Source: Candidatus Saccharimonadota bacterium (GTDB taxonomy: Archaea > Nanobdellota > Nanobdellia > Pacearchaeales > GW2011-AR1). Taken from it: 32,000 nucleotides of DNA. The notes below the pieces were generated by a model. It did no database searches. It saw only the letters and a program-made list of their open reading frames with translations, and was not told the DNA's origin. Within the stretch, counting starts at the first letter, position 1, and every line of letters begins with the position of its first letter. Positions 1 to 8,066 of the stretch are shown piece after piece. The stretch covers positions 30,001 to 62,000 of the forward strand of contig JBEKXS010000002.1 in NCBI GenBank assembly GCA_049511795.1, given 5' to 3'. The position numbers and the translations under genes are program-made.

Positions 1-1
1 G

Positions 2-589
2 CAGATAGCTTCTGGAATGAAAAATCCAGGGCAGATAATTGTCGATGAAAGAAACAAGGAAATTGATATTTTCTCTGCATTAAGGATGATTTTCAAGGGC
101 AAACCAACAGAAAGCATGCTTCAGCTTCTTGATTCAGTTAACATGCCTATTGATGAAATAATGCTTTGGGTTGAGGAAAATATTCCTGCGGAATATCAGG
201 GCCAGGAACTTGCAAAGGCAATTGATGCATTAAGCAAAGTAGATATCTTCAAAAGGAGAATTTACAGACAGCAATACTGGCGTTTCCTTGTTTATGAAAA
301 TGCGTTATTGAGTTATGGTATTTCAAGCGCAAAGAAAAATGTCAAAACAGGCTTCACAAGCTACAAAAAACCTACAAGAATTCTGAAAATCTGGCTAAAC
401 AATCAGAAATATGACAAAAAGAAATCAATCTCAAGAAAATATGCAGAATATGTTCACATCGGAGAAAAAAGAGCTTACAAGGAATTCCCAGAAGTGCAGG
501 CTTTTCTCATGAGACCGGAAATCCAGAAAGAGCTCAGGCTTTCTGAAGAAGAAGTTGCATATTTGCACAATGCATCCAAAGCAGAATAA
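2..589 (+). CDS. rfcL: Replication factor C large subunit, C-terminal part (5' end lies upstream of the window)
   Basis: The frame is open from nt 2, so the Met at 17 is internal. Stop TAA is at 587-589. The helical C-terminal region (DIFSALRMIF, IMLWVEENIP, LSKVDIFKRRIYRQQYWRFLVY) resembles the post-AAA+ domain of archaeal RFC-L. No C-terminal PIP box is visible. Confidence 0.65.
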   Translation, partial: QIASGMKNPGQIIVDERNKEIDIFSALRMIFKGKPTESMLQLLDSVNMPIDEIMLWVEENIPAEYQGQELAKAIDALSKVDIFKRRIYRQQYWRFLVYENALLSYGISSAKKNVKTGFTSYKKPTRILKIWLNNQKYDKKKSISRKYAEYVHIGEKRAYKEFPEVQAFLMRPEIQKELRLSEEEVAYLHNASKAE

Positions 590-602
590 ATTTTGCACTA
601 AT

Positions 603-610
603 TTTATAAA
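603..610 (+). promoter_or_regulatory. TATA box TTTATAAA, centre 25.5 nt upstream of ATG 632
   Basis: Sequence and spacing were read directly. The same geometry recurs across the window. Confidence 0.55.
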
Positions 611-631
611 CATCTTCAACTATTTATTATA

Positions 632-1942
632 ATGGGCTATGACATAACAGTTGGAAGAGATGTTTCTGACAAAAAATCATTTGGTAACCGTGGTTTAGTT
701 TATGTTGGTAAAGGTTATGTTAAAATGGGGCAATACACTTCCTTAAGCAATAAAATTTTCATGGACGTGGCCCGTTCTCATGTTATTCTTGTGGCTGGAA
801 AAAGAGGCTCGGGAAAATCATATACTCTTGGCGTCATAGCAGAAGAGCTTTCTGCACTTCCAAAAGAAGCAAGCCAGAACATTGGCTCATTAATTTTTGA
901 TACAATGGGAATTTACTGGACAATGAAATTCAAGAATGAAAAAGACAAGGACCTTTTGGCTGAATGGGGCCTTAAGCAAAAAAATCTTCCTGTAAAAATA
1001 TTTGTTCCTTTCGGTCATTATAATACTTATCTTGAAAAGGGCATTCCGGCAGATGAAACTTTTGCTTTGGATGTTAATGAATTAAATCCAGAAGACTGGA
1101 TTCTTACTTTTGGCCTTGAATTGATTAATCCTATTTCAGTTGTTATACAAAGGGTTCTTACAAGATTAAAAGAGCAGGGAGCTTATGACCTTGATGATAT
1201 TATTGTTGCGTTGGATTCAGATGAAAAAACTCCCCAGGAAATAAAAAATGCAGCCAGTGGTTTATTCGAAGCTGCAAATACATGGGGAATTTTTGCAAAA
1301 AAAGGAGAAGAAGCAACAAAAGTTGAGCAGCTTGTTTCAGCAGGGATTACAACTGTCTTGGATCTTAGCGTTTACAATTCTGTTGGTGTTTTTAACATCA
1401 GAGCTCTGGCAATAAGCCTTCTTTGTAGAAAAATTTTCAACCAAAGAATGGATTCAAGAAAAGAAGAGGAAACAGAGTCAGTTGCGCAAGGCCTTGACTA
1501 TCTTTCAAGAAGCATAAAAAAAGACAATCCTCTTGTCTGGATTTTTATTGATGAAGCTCACGAATTTCTGCCTTTGAACGGAAAAACAGTTGCAACAGAT
1601 GCTCTGATTCAATTATTGAGAGAAGGGAGGCAGCCTGGAATTTCTCTTGTTCTTGCAACACAGCAACCAGGGCAAATACATCATGATGTCATGACACAAT
1701 CAGATATTGTTATAGCTCATCGTGTGACTTCCAAGCCAGATATAGAAGCATTGAATTACATAATGCAGTCATATGTTCTTGAAAGCATAAAAAAGCAGAT
1801 GGATGATCTTCCTGCTTTGAAAGGTTCTGCTGTTCTTCTTGACGACAATTCAGAGCGTCTTTATCCAATAAGAGTAAGGCCAAGATTTACCTGGCATGGT
1901 GGAGAAGCGCCAACTGCAATCAAGGCAGAGAAGAAACTCTGA
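632..1942 (+). CDS. HerA/FtsK-superfamily P-loop ATPase (DUF87/COG0433-like)
   Basis: ATG at 632. Walker A is GKRGSGKS and Walker B-like is VWIFIDEAHEF, followed by LVLATQQP and a C-terminal RVRPRFTWHGG. TTTATAAA at 603-610 is centred 25.5 nt upstream of the ATG. Confidence 0.6.
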   Translation: MGYDITVGRDVSDKKSFGNRGLVYVGKGYVKMGQYTSLSNKIFMDVARSHVILVAGKRGSGKSYTLGVIAEELSALPKEASQNIGSLIFDTMGIYWTMKFKNEKDKDLLAEWGLKQKNLPVKIFVPFGHYNTYLEKGIPADETFALDVNELNPEDWILTFGLELINPISVVIQRVLTRLKEQGAYDLDDIIVALDSDEKTPQEIKNAASGLFEAANTWGIFAKKGEEATKVEQLVSAGITTVLDLSVYNSVGVFNIRALAISLLCRKIFNQRMDSRKEEETESVAQGLDYLSRSIKKDNPLVWIFIDEAHEFLPLNGKTVATDALIQLLREGRQPGISLVLATQQPGQIHHDVMTQSDIVIAHRVTSKPDIEALNYIMQSYVLESIKKQMDDLPALKGSAVLLDDNSERLYPIRVRPRFTWHGGEAPTAIKAEKKL

Positions 1943-1953
1943 TTTTCATAAAC

Positions 1954-1961
1954 TTTAAAAA
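1954..1961 (+). promoter_or_regulatory. TATA box TTTAAAAA, centre 25.5 nt upstream of ATG 1983
   Basis: Sequence and spacing were read directly. Confidence 0.5.
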
Positions 1962-1982
1962 GTAAAAATATGCAGTTAGGTT

Positions 1983-2195
1983 ATGGAACAAGAAGTTAAT
2001 AGTTCAGGTATTGAAAGAAGAGTAAGAAAAGGAATAGCATTAGATGTAATAGATTCAACTCCCACACAAAAAATAAAAGATCTTATAAGTGAATCAGATC
2101 TTGATACAGAATATTCTGGATTTGGTAAAGCATACTTAAATGCATATTATGGTTTTGGAGATAGGACAGCTACACAACCACAAAGTCAATTCTAA
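1983..2195 (+). CDS. Hypothetical small protein (70 aa)
   Basis: It fills the gap after the ATPase gene. TTTAAAAA at 1954-1961 is centred exactly 25.5 nt upstream of the ATG, as for well-supported genes here. There is no recognisable domain. The 3' end overlaps the convergent trm5 by 26 nt. Confidence 0.45.
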   Translation: MEQEVNSSGIERRVRKGIALDVIDSTPTQKIKDLISESDLDTEYSGFGKAYLNAYYGFGDRTATQPQSQF

Positions 2196-2949
2196 TCCTG
2201 TATCTATAAGCAGCAATTTCGCCTGCTTTCTTCACTTTTAATATTTTAATTTTCTTCCTGTTTTTTGTAGCTTCTTTTTTTACTTTTTCAACAATTTCAT
2301 GAATTTCTTTTTCTTTACAGAAATCATAATAATAAACTCTAGTGCCTTTTTTGCTCAACAAAAAAACTTCTTTCAAAAAGCTGTCTTTTAGCTGCGGTCT
2401 TGGCATTACAATCACATCAAACTTGTTTTTTATTTTTCCAGCAATTTTCTTGATATCTCCATCAAAGAAAATGATTTTGTTCTTTACATTGTTCAGCTCT
2501 GCATTTAGCCTTCCATATTTGTTTGCTTCTTTGTTTATTTCATTTGAATAAATAATTTCTGCTTTTGAATTCTTGGCTATGACAACAGAAAATGGTGCAG
2601 CTCCTGCAAACATGACAAAAACATTGTCTTTCTTTTTTATTTTTCCAGCAACTTCTTTTCTTTCATTGCTTAGTCTGGAGGAAAAGTAAACAGAATCAAC
2701 ATTAAACCTAAAAACACAGTTGTTTTCCCTGTAAATTGCCTCTTTTGTTTTGACTCCAGAAACAAATTTCGTTTCCTGCTTTCTCAGTCTACCCTTAAAT
2801 CCTCCTGTTTTCTCAAGGACGGTTGTTATTGATCTATTCTTCTTCAGAATTTTATCTGCAATTTTTTTCTTTTCCTTTACTTTTGTTCCTCTTGAAAACT
2901 TCACAAGGGCAATATTCCCAAGAATATCATAAGGTGCTTTTGTGTCCAT
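2170..2949 (-). CDS. trm5: tRNA (guanine37-N1)-methyltransferase Trm5-like (Met-10+ family), short form
   Basis: N-terminal DILGNIALVKF motif, SAM-pocket-like VFVMFAGAAPFSVVIAKN, then NEINKEA and VIVMPRPQ motifs. At 259 aa it has no long N-terminal D1-type domain. Confidence 0.65.
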   Translation of the reverse strand: MDTKAPYDILGNIALVKFSRGTKVKEKKKIADKILKKNRSITTVLEKTGGFKGRLRKQETKFVSGVKTKEAIYRENNCVFRFNVDSVYFSSRLSNERKEVAGKIKKKDNVFVMFAGAAPFSVVIAKNSKAEIIYSNEINKEANKYGRLNAELNNVKNKIIFFDGDIKKIAGKIKNKFDVIVMPRPQLKDSFLKEVFLLSKKGTRVYYYDFCKEKEIHEIVEKVKKEATKNRKKIKILKVKKAGEIAAYRYRIRIDFVVV

Positions 2950-2970
2950 TATAAAAAAAGAACATTAATC

Positions 2971-2978
2971 TTTATAAA
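2971..2978. promoter_or_regulatory. Shared palindromic TATA box TTTATAAA for divergent trm5 (ATG 2949) and the membrane gene (ATG 3000)
   Basis: The centre at 2974.5 is exactly 25.5 nt from both start codons. The intergenic region is only 50 nt. Confidence 0.6.
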
Positions 2979-2999
2979 TATTAAATTACTGTCTGTGGT

Positions 3000-3794
3000 A
3001 TGAAAAGAGGTTTAGGTTTGTCTTTGTTAGTTTTGGTTTCTGGCTTGTTTATCTTAAATTTTGTTAGCGCTCAGTTTTTTGGGTCAAACAGCTTTTCAAT
3101 AACCAGCTTCTTCAACAGTGTCAATCCTCAAGACATGACTTTTTTGGCGCTTTTCTTCATTCTTTTTGCACTCATCTTTTTCATTCTTAGCAAAGCCCGT
3201 TTTTTCAGAGACGCTTATGGAAATCCAAATAGGGCAGTAATAGGTGTAATTGCTATAGCAGTTTCTTTGTTAAGCACATATTATCTTTACACATCTGGTT
3301 TTGATTTGCAAGGAATGTTTTCAGGGTTTGGTGTTTCTTCTGACATATTTTATCCTGTCTTTGCTGTAATTTTGGTTGTAGCTGCAATCTTCATGATTAT
3401 GTACATGGGATTCAGAGGATTTTTCATAATATCGGGAATATTACTTATTCTTGTAGCTCTTTTCACAAACCTAATTTATTCAGAAGGCATTGCAATAATT
3501 GTCGGCATAATACTTCTTGCTCTTGGGCTATGGATGGGAAGAGGTTCTAAAAATGCAATGATAAGTGGAGGAAGAGCTTTTGGAGGACAAGTTAGGAAAG
3601 ATTATCCTGCAGCTTCAGCAGGATGGCTATGGGTTTTATTAAGCGGTTTAGTACTTGTAGTTGGGTTTGCTTTGAGTAATGGAATAGTTATGATTATCGG
3701 ATTTATTTTGACTGTTGTAACATTATGGATTAAATTTAGAGGACCAAAACCACAGCAATCAGGTTATCTTGAACCACATCCAGTAAATATCTAA
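3000..3794 (+). CDS. Polytopic membrane protein with signal-peptide-like N-terminus
   Basis: MKRGLGLSLLVLVSGLFILNFVSA is followed by roughly six hydrophobic helices. No family recognised. Leaderless geometry relative to the TATA at 2971-2978. Confidence 0.6.
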   Translation: MKRGLGLSLLVLVSGLFILNFVSAQFFGSNSFSITSFFNSVNPQDMTFLALFFILFALIFFILSKARFFRDAYGNPNRAVIGVIAIAVSLLSTYYLYTSGFDLQGMFSGFGVSSDIFYPVFAVILVVAAIFMIMYMGFRGFFIISGILLILVALFTNLIYSEGIAIIVGIILLALGLWMGRGSKNAMISGGRAFGGQVRKDYPAASAGWLWVLLSGLVLVVGFALSNGIVMIIGFILTVVTLWIKFRGPKPQQSGYLEPHPVNI

Positions 3795-4832
3795 TTAAAC
3801 CCAATCACCCAACGCTTTCTGTTTTTTCTGCTCTTTTATCTCGTGCAGTTTCTCAAGTTGCTTGTCAACCCTTTCTTCTGAGAAATCATGTTCGTTGACA
3901 AGAATTCTTTTTATTTCATCCTCGTTAACTTTGTGGAATTTAATGTCTGGATTTACAGTTCTTGGTTTGTGAAATAATTCAAAAATTTCCTGCCAATCAA
4001 ATCTATCTTCTAAAGGCAGACCCATCATCTGCTCTTCAACACTTTTGAAAATCAAAACAGGCTGCTTGTATTTTTTTACAAGTTCCAAAGCTCTTTTCTG
4101 TCCTATTCCTGGAATTCCTCTTGGATTGTAATCTGTTCCAACTAAAATTCCCAAGCATATTAACTGATCCAAATTTATTTCTAGAAGATTTAACACACGA
4201 TCCAATTCAATAAGTTCTGGTTTTATTTCAACCCAGCCGGAAATTGTTTTTCTTTTTCTGGCAAGTCCTAAATTTCTTATGAGCTTTGTCGCTCCAAAAA
4301 GAAGGCTGTCATAATCCTGGCTCACAACTCCATAGCTTGGCTTGACTCTACTAAGAAAAGCAGCTTCTGATTCTCCTTCCCCAGGAGCCTGAACAACTCC
4401 GATGCCCATTGCTTCCAAAAGCTCTTTGCTTTCTCTCAACATTTCATCATTAATCTTGACAAACTGGGAACTGTAGCGTTTCATTCCTTCAACATCTTCT
4501 TCCTGCTTCGCTTCTTCATATCTTGATTTCGCAAGTTCTCTTACTTCTGCCCTTATTTTGTGTGTTCCTGCTTTCAAATCAGGAGGAGTTCCATCAAAAA
4601 CATAAACCATTTTTATCCCTTCTGCAAGAAGGTTGACATTTCTATAGAAAATTCCAGACAAATGGGAAGTAACCCTGTGCTTATTGTCCATCAAAGGCGT
4701 CCCATCTGGCTGCCTGATTGTTGAAAGAAACTGGTAAAGCATGTTAAATGCATCTACAAAAACCAACTTGTCTTTTAAGTCAGAGATTTCTATCTCTTTT
4801 CTTGGAATTATGTCCTTGATATTTAGTCCCAT
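3795..4832 (-). CDS. fen: Flap endonuclease 1
   Basis: XPG-N and XPG-I signatures (MVYVFDGTPP, GEGESEAA, SQDYDSLLFG), an H3TH region (GTDYNPRGIPGIGQKRA) and a C-terminal PIP-like QKALGDWV. Confidence 0.9.
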   Translation of the reverse strand: MGLNIKDIIPRKEIEISDLKDKLVFVDAFNMLYQFLSTIRQPDGTPLMDNKHRVTSHLSGIFYRNVNLLAEGIKMVYVFDGTPPDLKAGTHKIRAEVRELAKSRYEEAKQEEDVEGMKRYSSQFVKINDEMLRESKELLEAMGIGVVQAPGEGESEAAFLSRVKPSYGVVSQDYDSLLFGATKLIRNLGLARKRKTISGWVEIKPELIELDRVLNLLEINLDQLICLGILVGTDYNPRGIPGIGQKRALELVKKYKQPVLIFKSVEEQMMGLPLEDRFDWQEIFELFHKPRTVNPDIKFHKVNEDEIKRILVNEHDFSEERVDKQLEKLHEIKEQKKQKALGDWV

Positions 4833-4872
4833 TTTACTAAGGAATTAAGGAAAAATAAATATAAATAATTAT

Positions 4873-5304
4873 CTAAGCATAAGCAGCTGTTTCCTCACCT
4901 GGTTCATAACCATATTCTCTAGCCTGTGCGTATACTTTCCTTTTTACATCCATGAAAAAACCGCGTAATTGTGGGGCTTTTAATTTGTAATATTGCCTAG
5001 AAATAGGAATCCCTAAATTTTTAAGGTCTCTAAGAATTCTTAATCTTTCTTTTTTAGATATTTTTTCCCCTGTTTCTGTAAGTTCCAATTGTCTTGCTGC
5101 CAATAAAAAAACTGTAGGTTTAACTTTTGTTTCTAAGCCGGATGTTTCTGGAGCAATTTTAGGCAAGCCTAGTTGTTCTCTTATTTTAGTATTAATTTCC
5201 GGAAAGCTCTGTCTAGTGCCTATTTCTTCATCATAGTCTCCAGGCCAATCAAGATTAGGTATTCCATGAAGTCTTGGTCCGCTTGGTTCATCATAATCTC
5301 CCAT
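4873..5304 (-). CDS. Hypothetical acidic protein (143 aa) with duplicated GDYDE motif
   Basis: ATG at 5304 with TTTATATA (revcomp of 5326-5333) centred 25.5 nt upstream. The N-terminus carries GDYDE twice (MGDYDEP..., WPGDYDEE). No family recognised. Confidence 0.5.
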   Translation of the reverse strand: MGDYDEPSGPRLHGIPNLDWPGDYDEEIGTRQSFPEINTKIREQLGLPKIAPETSGLETKVKPTVFLLAARQLELTETGEKISKKERLRILRDLKNLGIPISRQYYKLKAPQLRGFFMDVKRKVYAQAREYGYEPGEETAAYA

Positions 5305-5325
5305 ACCTTTATTCCTTGAAAATCA

Positions 5326-5333
5326 TATATAAA
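5326..5333 (-). promoter_or_regulatory. TATA box TTTATATA (minus strand), centre 25.5 nt upstream of ATG 5304
   Basis: Sequence and spacing were read directly. Confidence 0.5.
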
Positions 5334-5367
5334 CCTTATGAAAAACCTTTCTTTTGGATCATTAAAC

Positions 5368-5375
5368 TTTAAATA
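5368..5375 (+). promoter_or_regulatory. TATA box TTTAAATA, centre 25.5 nt upstream of polB ATG 5397
   Basis: Sequence and spacing were read directly. Confidence 0.55.
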
Positions 5376-5396
5376 AGTCACCCTATTACTAAGATA

Positions 5397-7868
5397 ATGG
5401 AAACAGATTTTATCCCTATAGATTATGACCACTTTGATTTTGAGGACAGAAATTACATAAAAATCTTCGGAAGAAACAGCAAAAACCAGAGAATCTGTGT
5501 TATTGACACTTGTCCAATCTATCTTTGGGCAATAATCAAGGACTCAGTGAGCCAAGAAAAAATAAACAAGCTCATTGAAAAGATAAAAGATATTGAACTT
5601 GATGTTAAGGGCAGAAAAACAAAGGTTGAAAAAATCGAGATTCATGAAAAAAATTTCCTTGACAAAAAAGTCAGAGCCTTGAAAATCTTCGCTACAAATT
5701 ACAAAGACCTTCATGATGTTGCAGACCGTTTGGATTTTCCAGAAATACAGTGTAGAAGAGGGTATGATTTAGGTTTTGATACTCATTATATAATTGAAAA
5801 AAGGATAAATCCATTGCAATGGTATAAAATATCTGGAGAAGTTCTCAACAATTCTCAGAATTTTGGGGGGGTTGATTCAAATCTTGATGTTGATTTTTGC
5901 ATTAAATTGGACTCCGCAAAAAAAATAGATAATGACCTCGGTTTCAAGCCAAAAGTAATGGCTTATGATATTGAAACAGATGACATAAAGCTTGGGGAAG
6001 GTGAGATTTTGATGGTTTCTCTTGTTACAGATAGTTTCAAAAAAGTTATCACATGGAAAAAACCAAAAACAAGCGAGAAAAATCTTGATTTTCTAGAATT
6101 TGTTAAAGATGAGGCAGATTTGATAGAAAAATTCCTTGAATATGTAAAAAAGTTCTCTCCTGATTTTCTTGTTGGTTATTTCTCAGATGGTTTTGATCTT
6201 CCTTACATGAAAATGCGTGCAGAAAAAAATAATATAAGACTTTCAATTGGTCTTGATTCAAGCCAGCCTCGTTTCTCACGGGGATTTGAAGTTACTGCAA
6301 AAACAAAAGGTATTGTTCACGTGGATCTCTTGAAATTCATAAGAACAGCATACTCTCAATATATGCAATCAGAAACTTTGTCTTTAAATGAAGTTGCACA
6401 TGAATTTCTTGGTGATGAAAAAAAGCCATTCAAGCATCAGCATTCTTCAAAGCTAACTGATTCAAATTGGGAAAGTTATTTTGAATACAATCTTCATGAT
6501 TCTGTTCTTGTTTATGGCTTGTTCGAAAAAATGTGGCCAGATATTCTTGAGTTCAGCAGAGTAATGCATGAGCCAACTTCAGAAGTAACAAGAAATGGGA
6601 TGTCAAAGAATGTTGAATCATTCATCCTTCATAATCTTGAAAAATTCAATGAAATTCCTGAAAAAAGGCCGACAAATGAGGAAATAGGCCAGAGAAGAGG
6701 AAAAGAAAAATATGAAGGAGCTTTTGTTTTTGAACCAACACATGGACTGTATGAGAATGTTGCAGTCTTTGACTTCACATCAAGTTATGGAAGCACAATA
6801 GTTACATACAATCTTTCAAAATCTACATTTATTGATGATAAAAAATCTGAAAAAGATTCTTACAATATAGAAATTCAAGGCAAGAAAGTTTCTTTCAGTA
6901 AAAAACCTGGGTTTTTCCCGGAAATGCTCAAAGAAATAATTGAAAAAAGGAAAAAATTCAAGGAAGAGCTAAACAAAAAGCCAGATGTAATAAAAAGAGC
7001 AAGAAGCAATGCATTCAAGCTGCTGGCAAATGCTTCCTATGGTTATCAGGGATTTTTCGGAGCAAGATATTATTCAAGAGAAGCTGCTGCTGCAACAGCT
7101 GCATTTGCAAAAAAATCAATCAGAGATTCAATAGAAAAAATAGACAAGAGTGGCTACAAAGTAATTTACAGCGACACAGATAGTATAGCTTTCCTTATTG
7201 AAAATCATACAGAAGAACAGGCAAAAAAACTTTTGGAAAAATTAAATTCAGAGCTTCCTGGAATAATGGAGCTTGAGCTTGAAGGATTTTTCACCCGCGG
7301 TTTATGGGTTACAAAAAGATCAGGAACACTTGGAGCAAAAAAGAAATATGCTCTTCTTGGAAAAGATAACAAGCTAAAAATCAGGGGTTTTGAAACAGTC
7401 AGGCGTGATTGGTGCAGCCTAGCAAGAAAAACGCAGAATGAAGTTATTAGAATGGTTTTGCAGGACGGAAATGAGCGAAGAGCGCTGGATTTCATAAAAA
7501 AAGTAATTCAGGACTTGAAGCAAAGAAAAATCCAGAGAGAAGAAATCATAATCAAGACAATGCTGCAAAAACCATTGGCAGAATACAAAGCAATTTCTCC
7601 TCATGTTATTGCGGCTCAAAAAATGCAGGAAAAAGAAATTCCAATAGGCAGCGGAAACATGATTGAATATTTTATAGCAGAAACAAGGGAAAAAAAGAAA
7701 CTAGTCCGCGACAAGGTTAAGCTTCCTGATGAAAAAGGAGAATACAACATAGAATATTACCTTAACAAACAAATTCTTCCGGCAGTCGAAAACATTCTTC
7801 AGGTTTTCAACATAAATATTCATGAAATGATTGATGGAAAAAAGCAGACCAAGCTAGGAGACTTCTAA
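5397..7868 (+). CDS. polB: Family B DNA polymerase
   Basis: Exo I MAYDIETDD, Exo II GYFSDGFDLPYM, Exo III YNLHDSVL, motif A DFTSSYGS, motif B KLLANASYGYQGF, motif C YSDTDS, GAKKKYALL, and a C-terminal PIP-like QTKLGDF. Confidence 0.9.
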   Translation: METDFIPIDYDHFDFEDRNYIKIFGRNSKNQRICVIDTCPIYLWAIIKDSVSQEKINKLIEKIKDIELDVKGRKTKVEKIEIHEKNFLDKKVRALKIFATNYKDLHDVADRLDFPEIQCRRGYDLGFDTHYIIEKRINPLQWYKISGEVLNNSQNFGGVDSNLDVDFCIKLDSAKKIDNDLGFKPKVMAYDIETDDIKLGEGEILMVSLVTDSFKKVITWKKPKTSEKNLDFLEFVKDEADLIEKFLEYVKKFSPDFLVGYFSDGFDLPYMKMRAEKNNIRLSIGLDSSQPRFSRGFEVTAKTKGIVHVDLLKFIRTAYSQYMQSETLSLNEVAHEFLGDEKKPFKHQHSSKLTDSNWESYFEYNLHDSVLVYGLFEKMWPDILEFSRVMHEPTSEVTRNGMSKNVESFILHNLEKFNEIPEKRPTNEEIGQRRGKEKYEGAFVFEPTHGLYENVAVFDFTSSYGSTIVTYNLSKSTFIDDKKSEKDSYNIEIQGKKVSFSKKPGFFPEMLKEIIEKRKKFKEELNKKPDVIKRARSNAFKLLANASYGYQGFFGARYYSREAAAATAAFAKKSIRDSIEKIDKSGYKVIYSDTDSIAFLIENHTEEQAKKLLEKLNSELPGIMELELEGFFTRGLWVTKRSGTLGAKKKYALLGKDNKLKIRGFETVRRDWCSLARKTQNEVIRMVLQDGNERRALDFIKKVIQDLKQRKIQREEIIIKTMLQKPLAEYKAISPHVIAAQKMQEKEIPIGSGNMIEYFIAETREKKKLVRDKVKLPDEKGEYNIEYYLNKQILPAVENILQVFNINIHEMIDGKKQTKLGDF

Positions 7869-7889
7869 CTTTTTAACTCTTAAATTGAT

Positions 7890-8015
7890 TTAAGCAAATA
7901 CTAATGCGGCAACAGCTGCAAGAATTGCTATAAATGCCCAGCCCTTGTGATGACCCCAAGCTGTAGCAGCAACAATAGCACAAACAACAGCTGCACCTAT
8001 ACCTAATGCGTCCAT
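7890..8015 (-). CDS. Small hydrophobic two-helix peptide (41 aa), not in the ORF track
   Basis: My translation is MDALGIGAAVVCAIVAATAWGHHKGWAFIAILAAVAALVFA*. The ATG at 8015 lies exactly 25.5 nt from the centre of the palindromic TTTATAAA (8037-8044), which also serves the divergent gene at 8067. Confidence 0.45.
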   Translation of the reverse strand: MDALGIGAAVVCAIVAATAWGHHKGWAFIAILAAVAALVFA

Positions 8016-8036
8016 TAGAGAATAACCCAAACTAAA

Positions 8037-8044
8037 TTTATAAA
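8037..8044. promoter_or_regulatory. Shared palindromic TATA box TTTATAAA for the 41-aa peptide gene (ATG 8015) and the NOP2-like gene (ATG 8067)
   Basis: The centre at 8040.5 is 25.5 nt from 8015 and 26.5 nt from 8067. The intergenic region is 51 nt. Confidence 0.55.
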
Positions 8045-8066
8045 CGTAACTAAACTTTCGATATTT

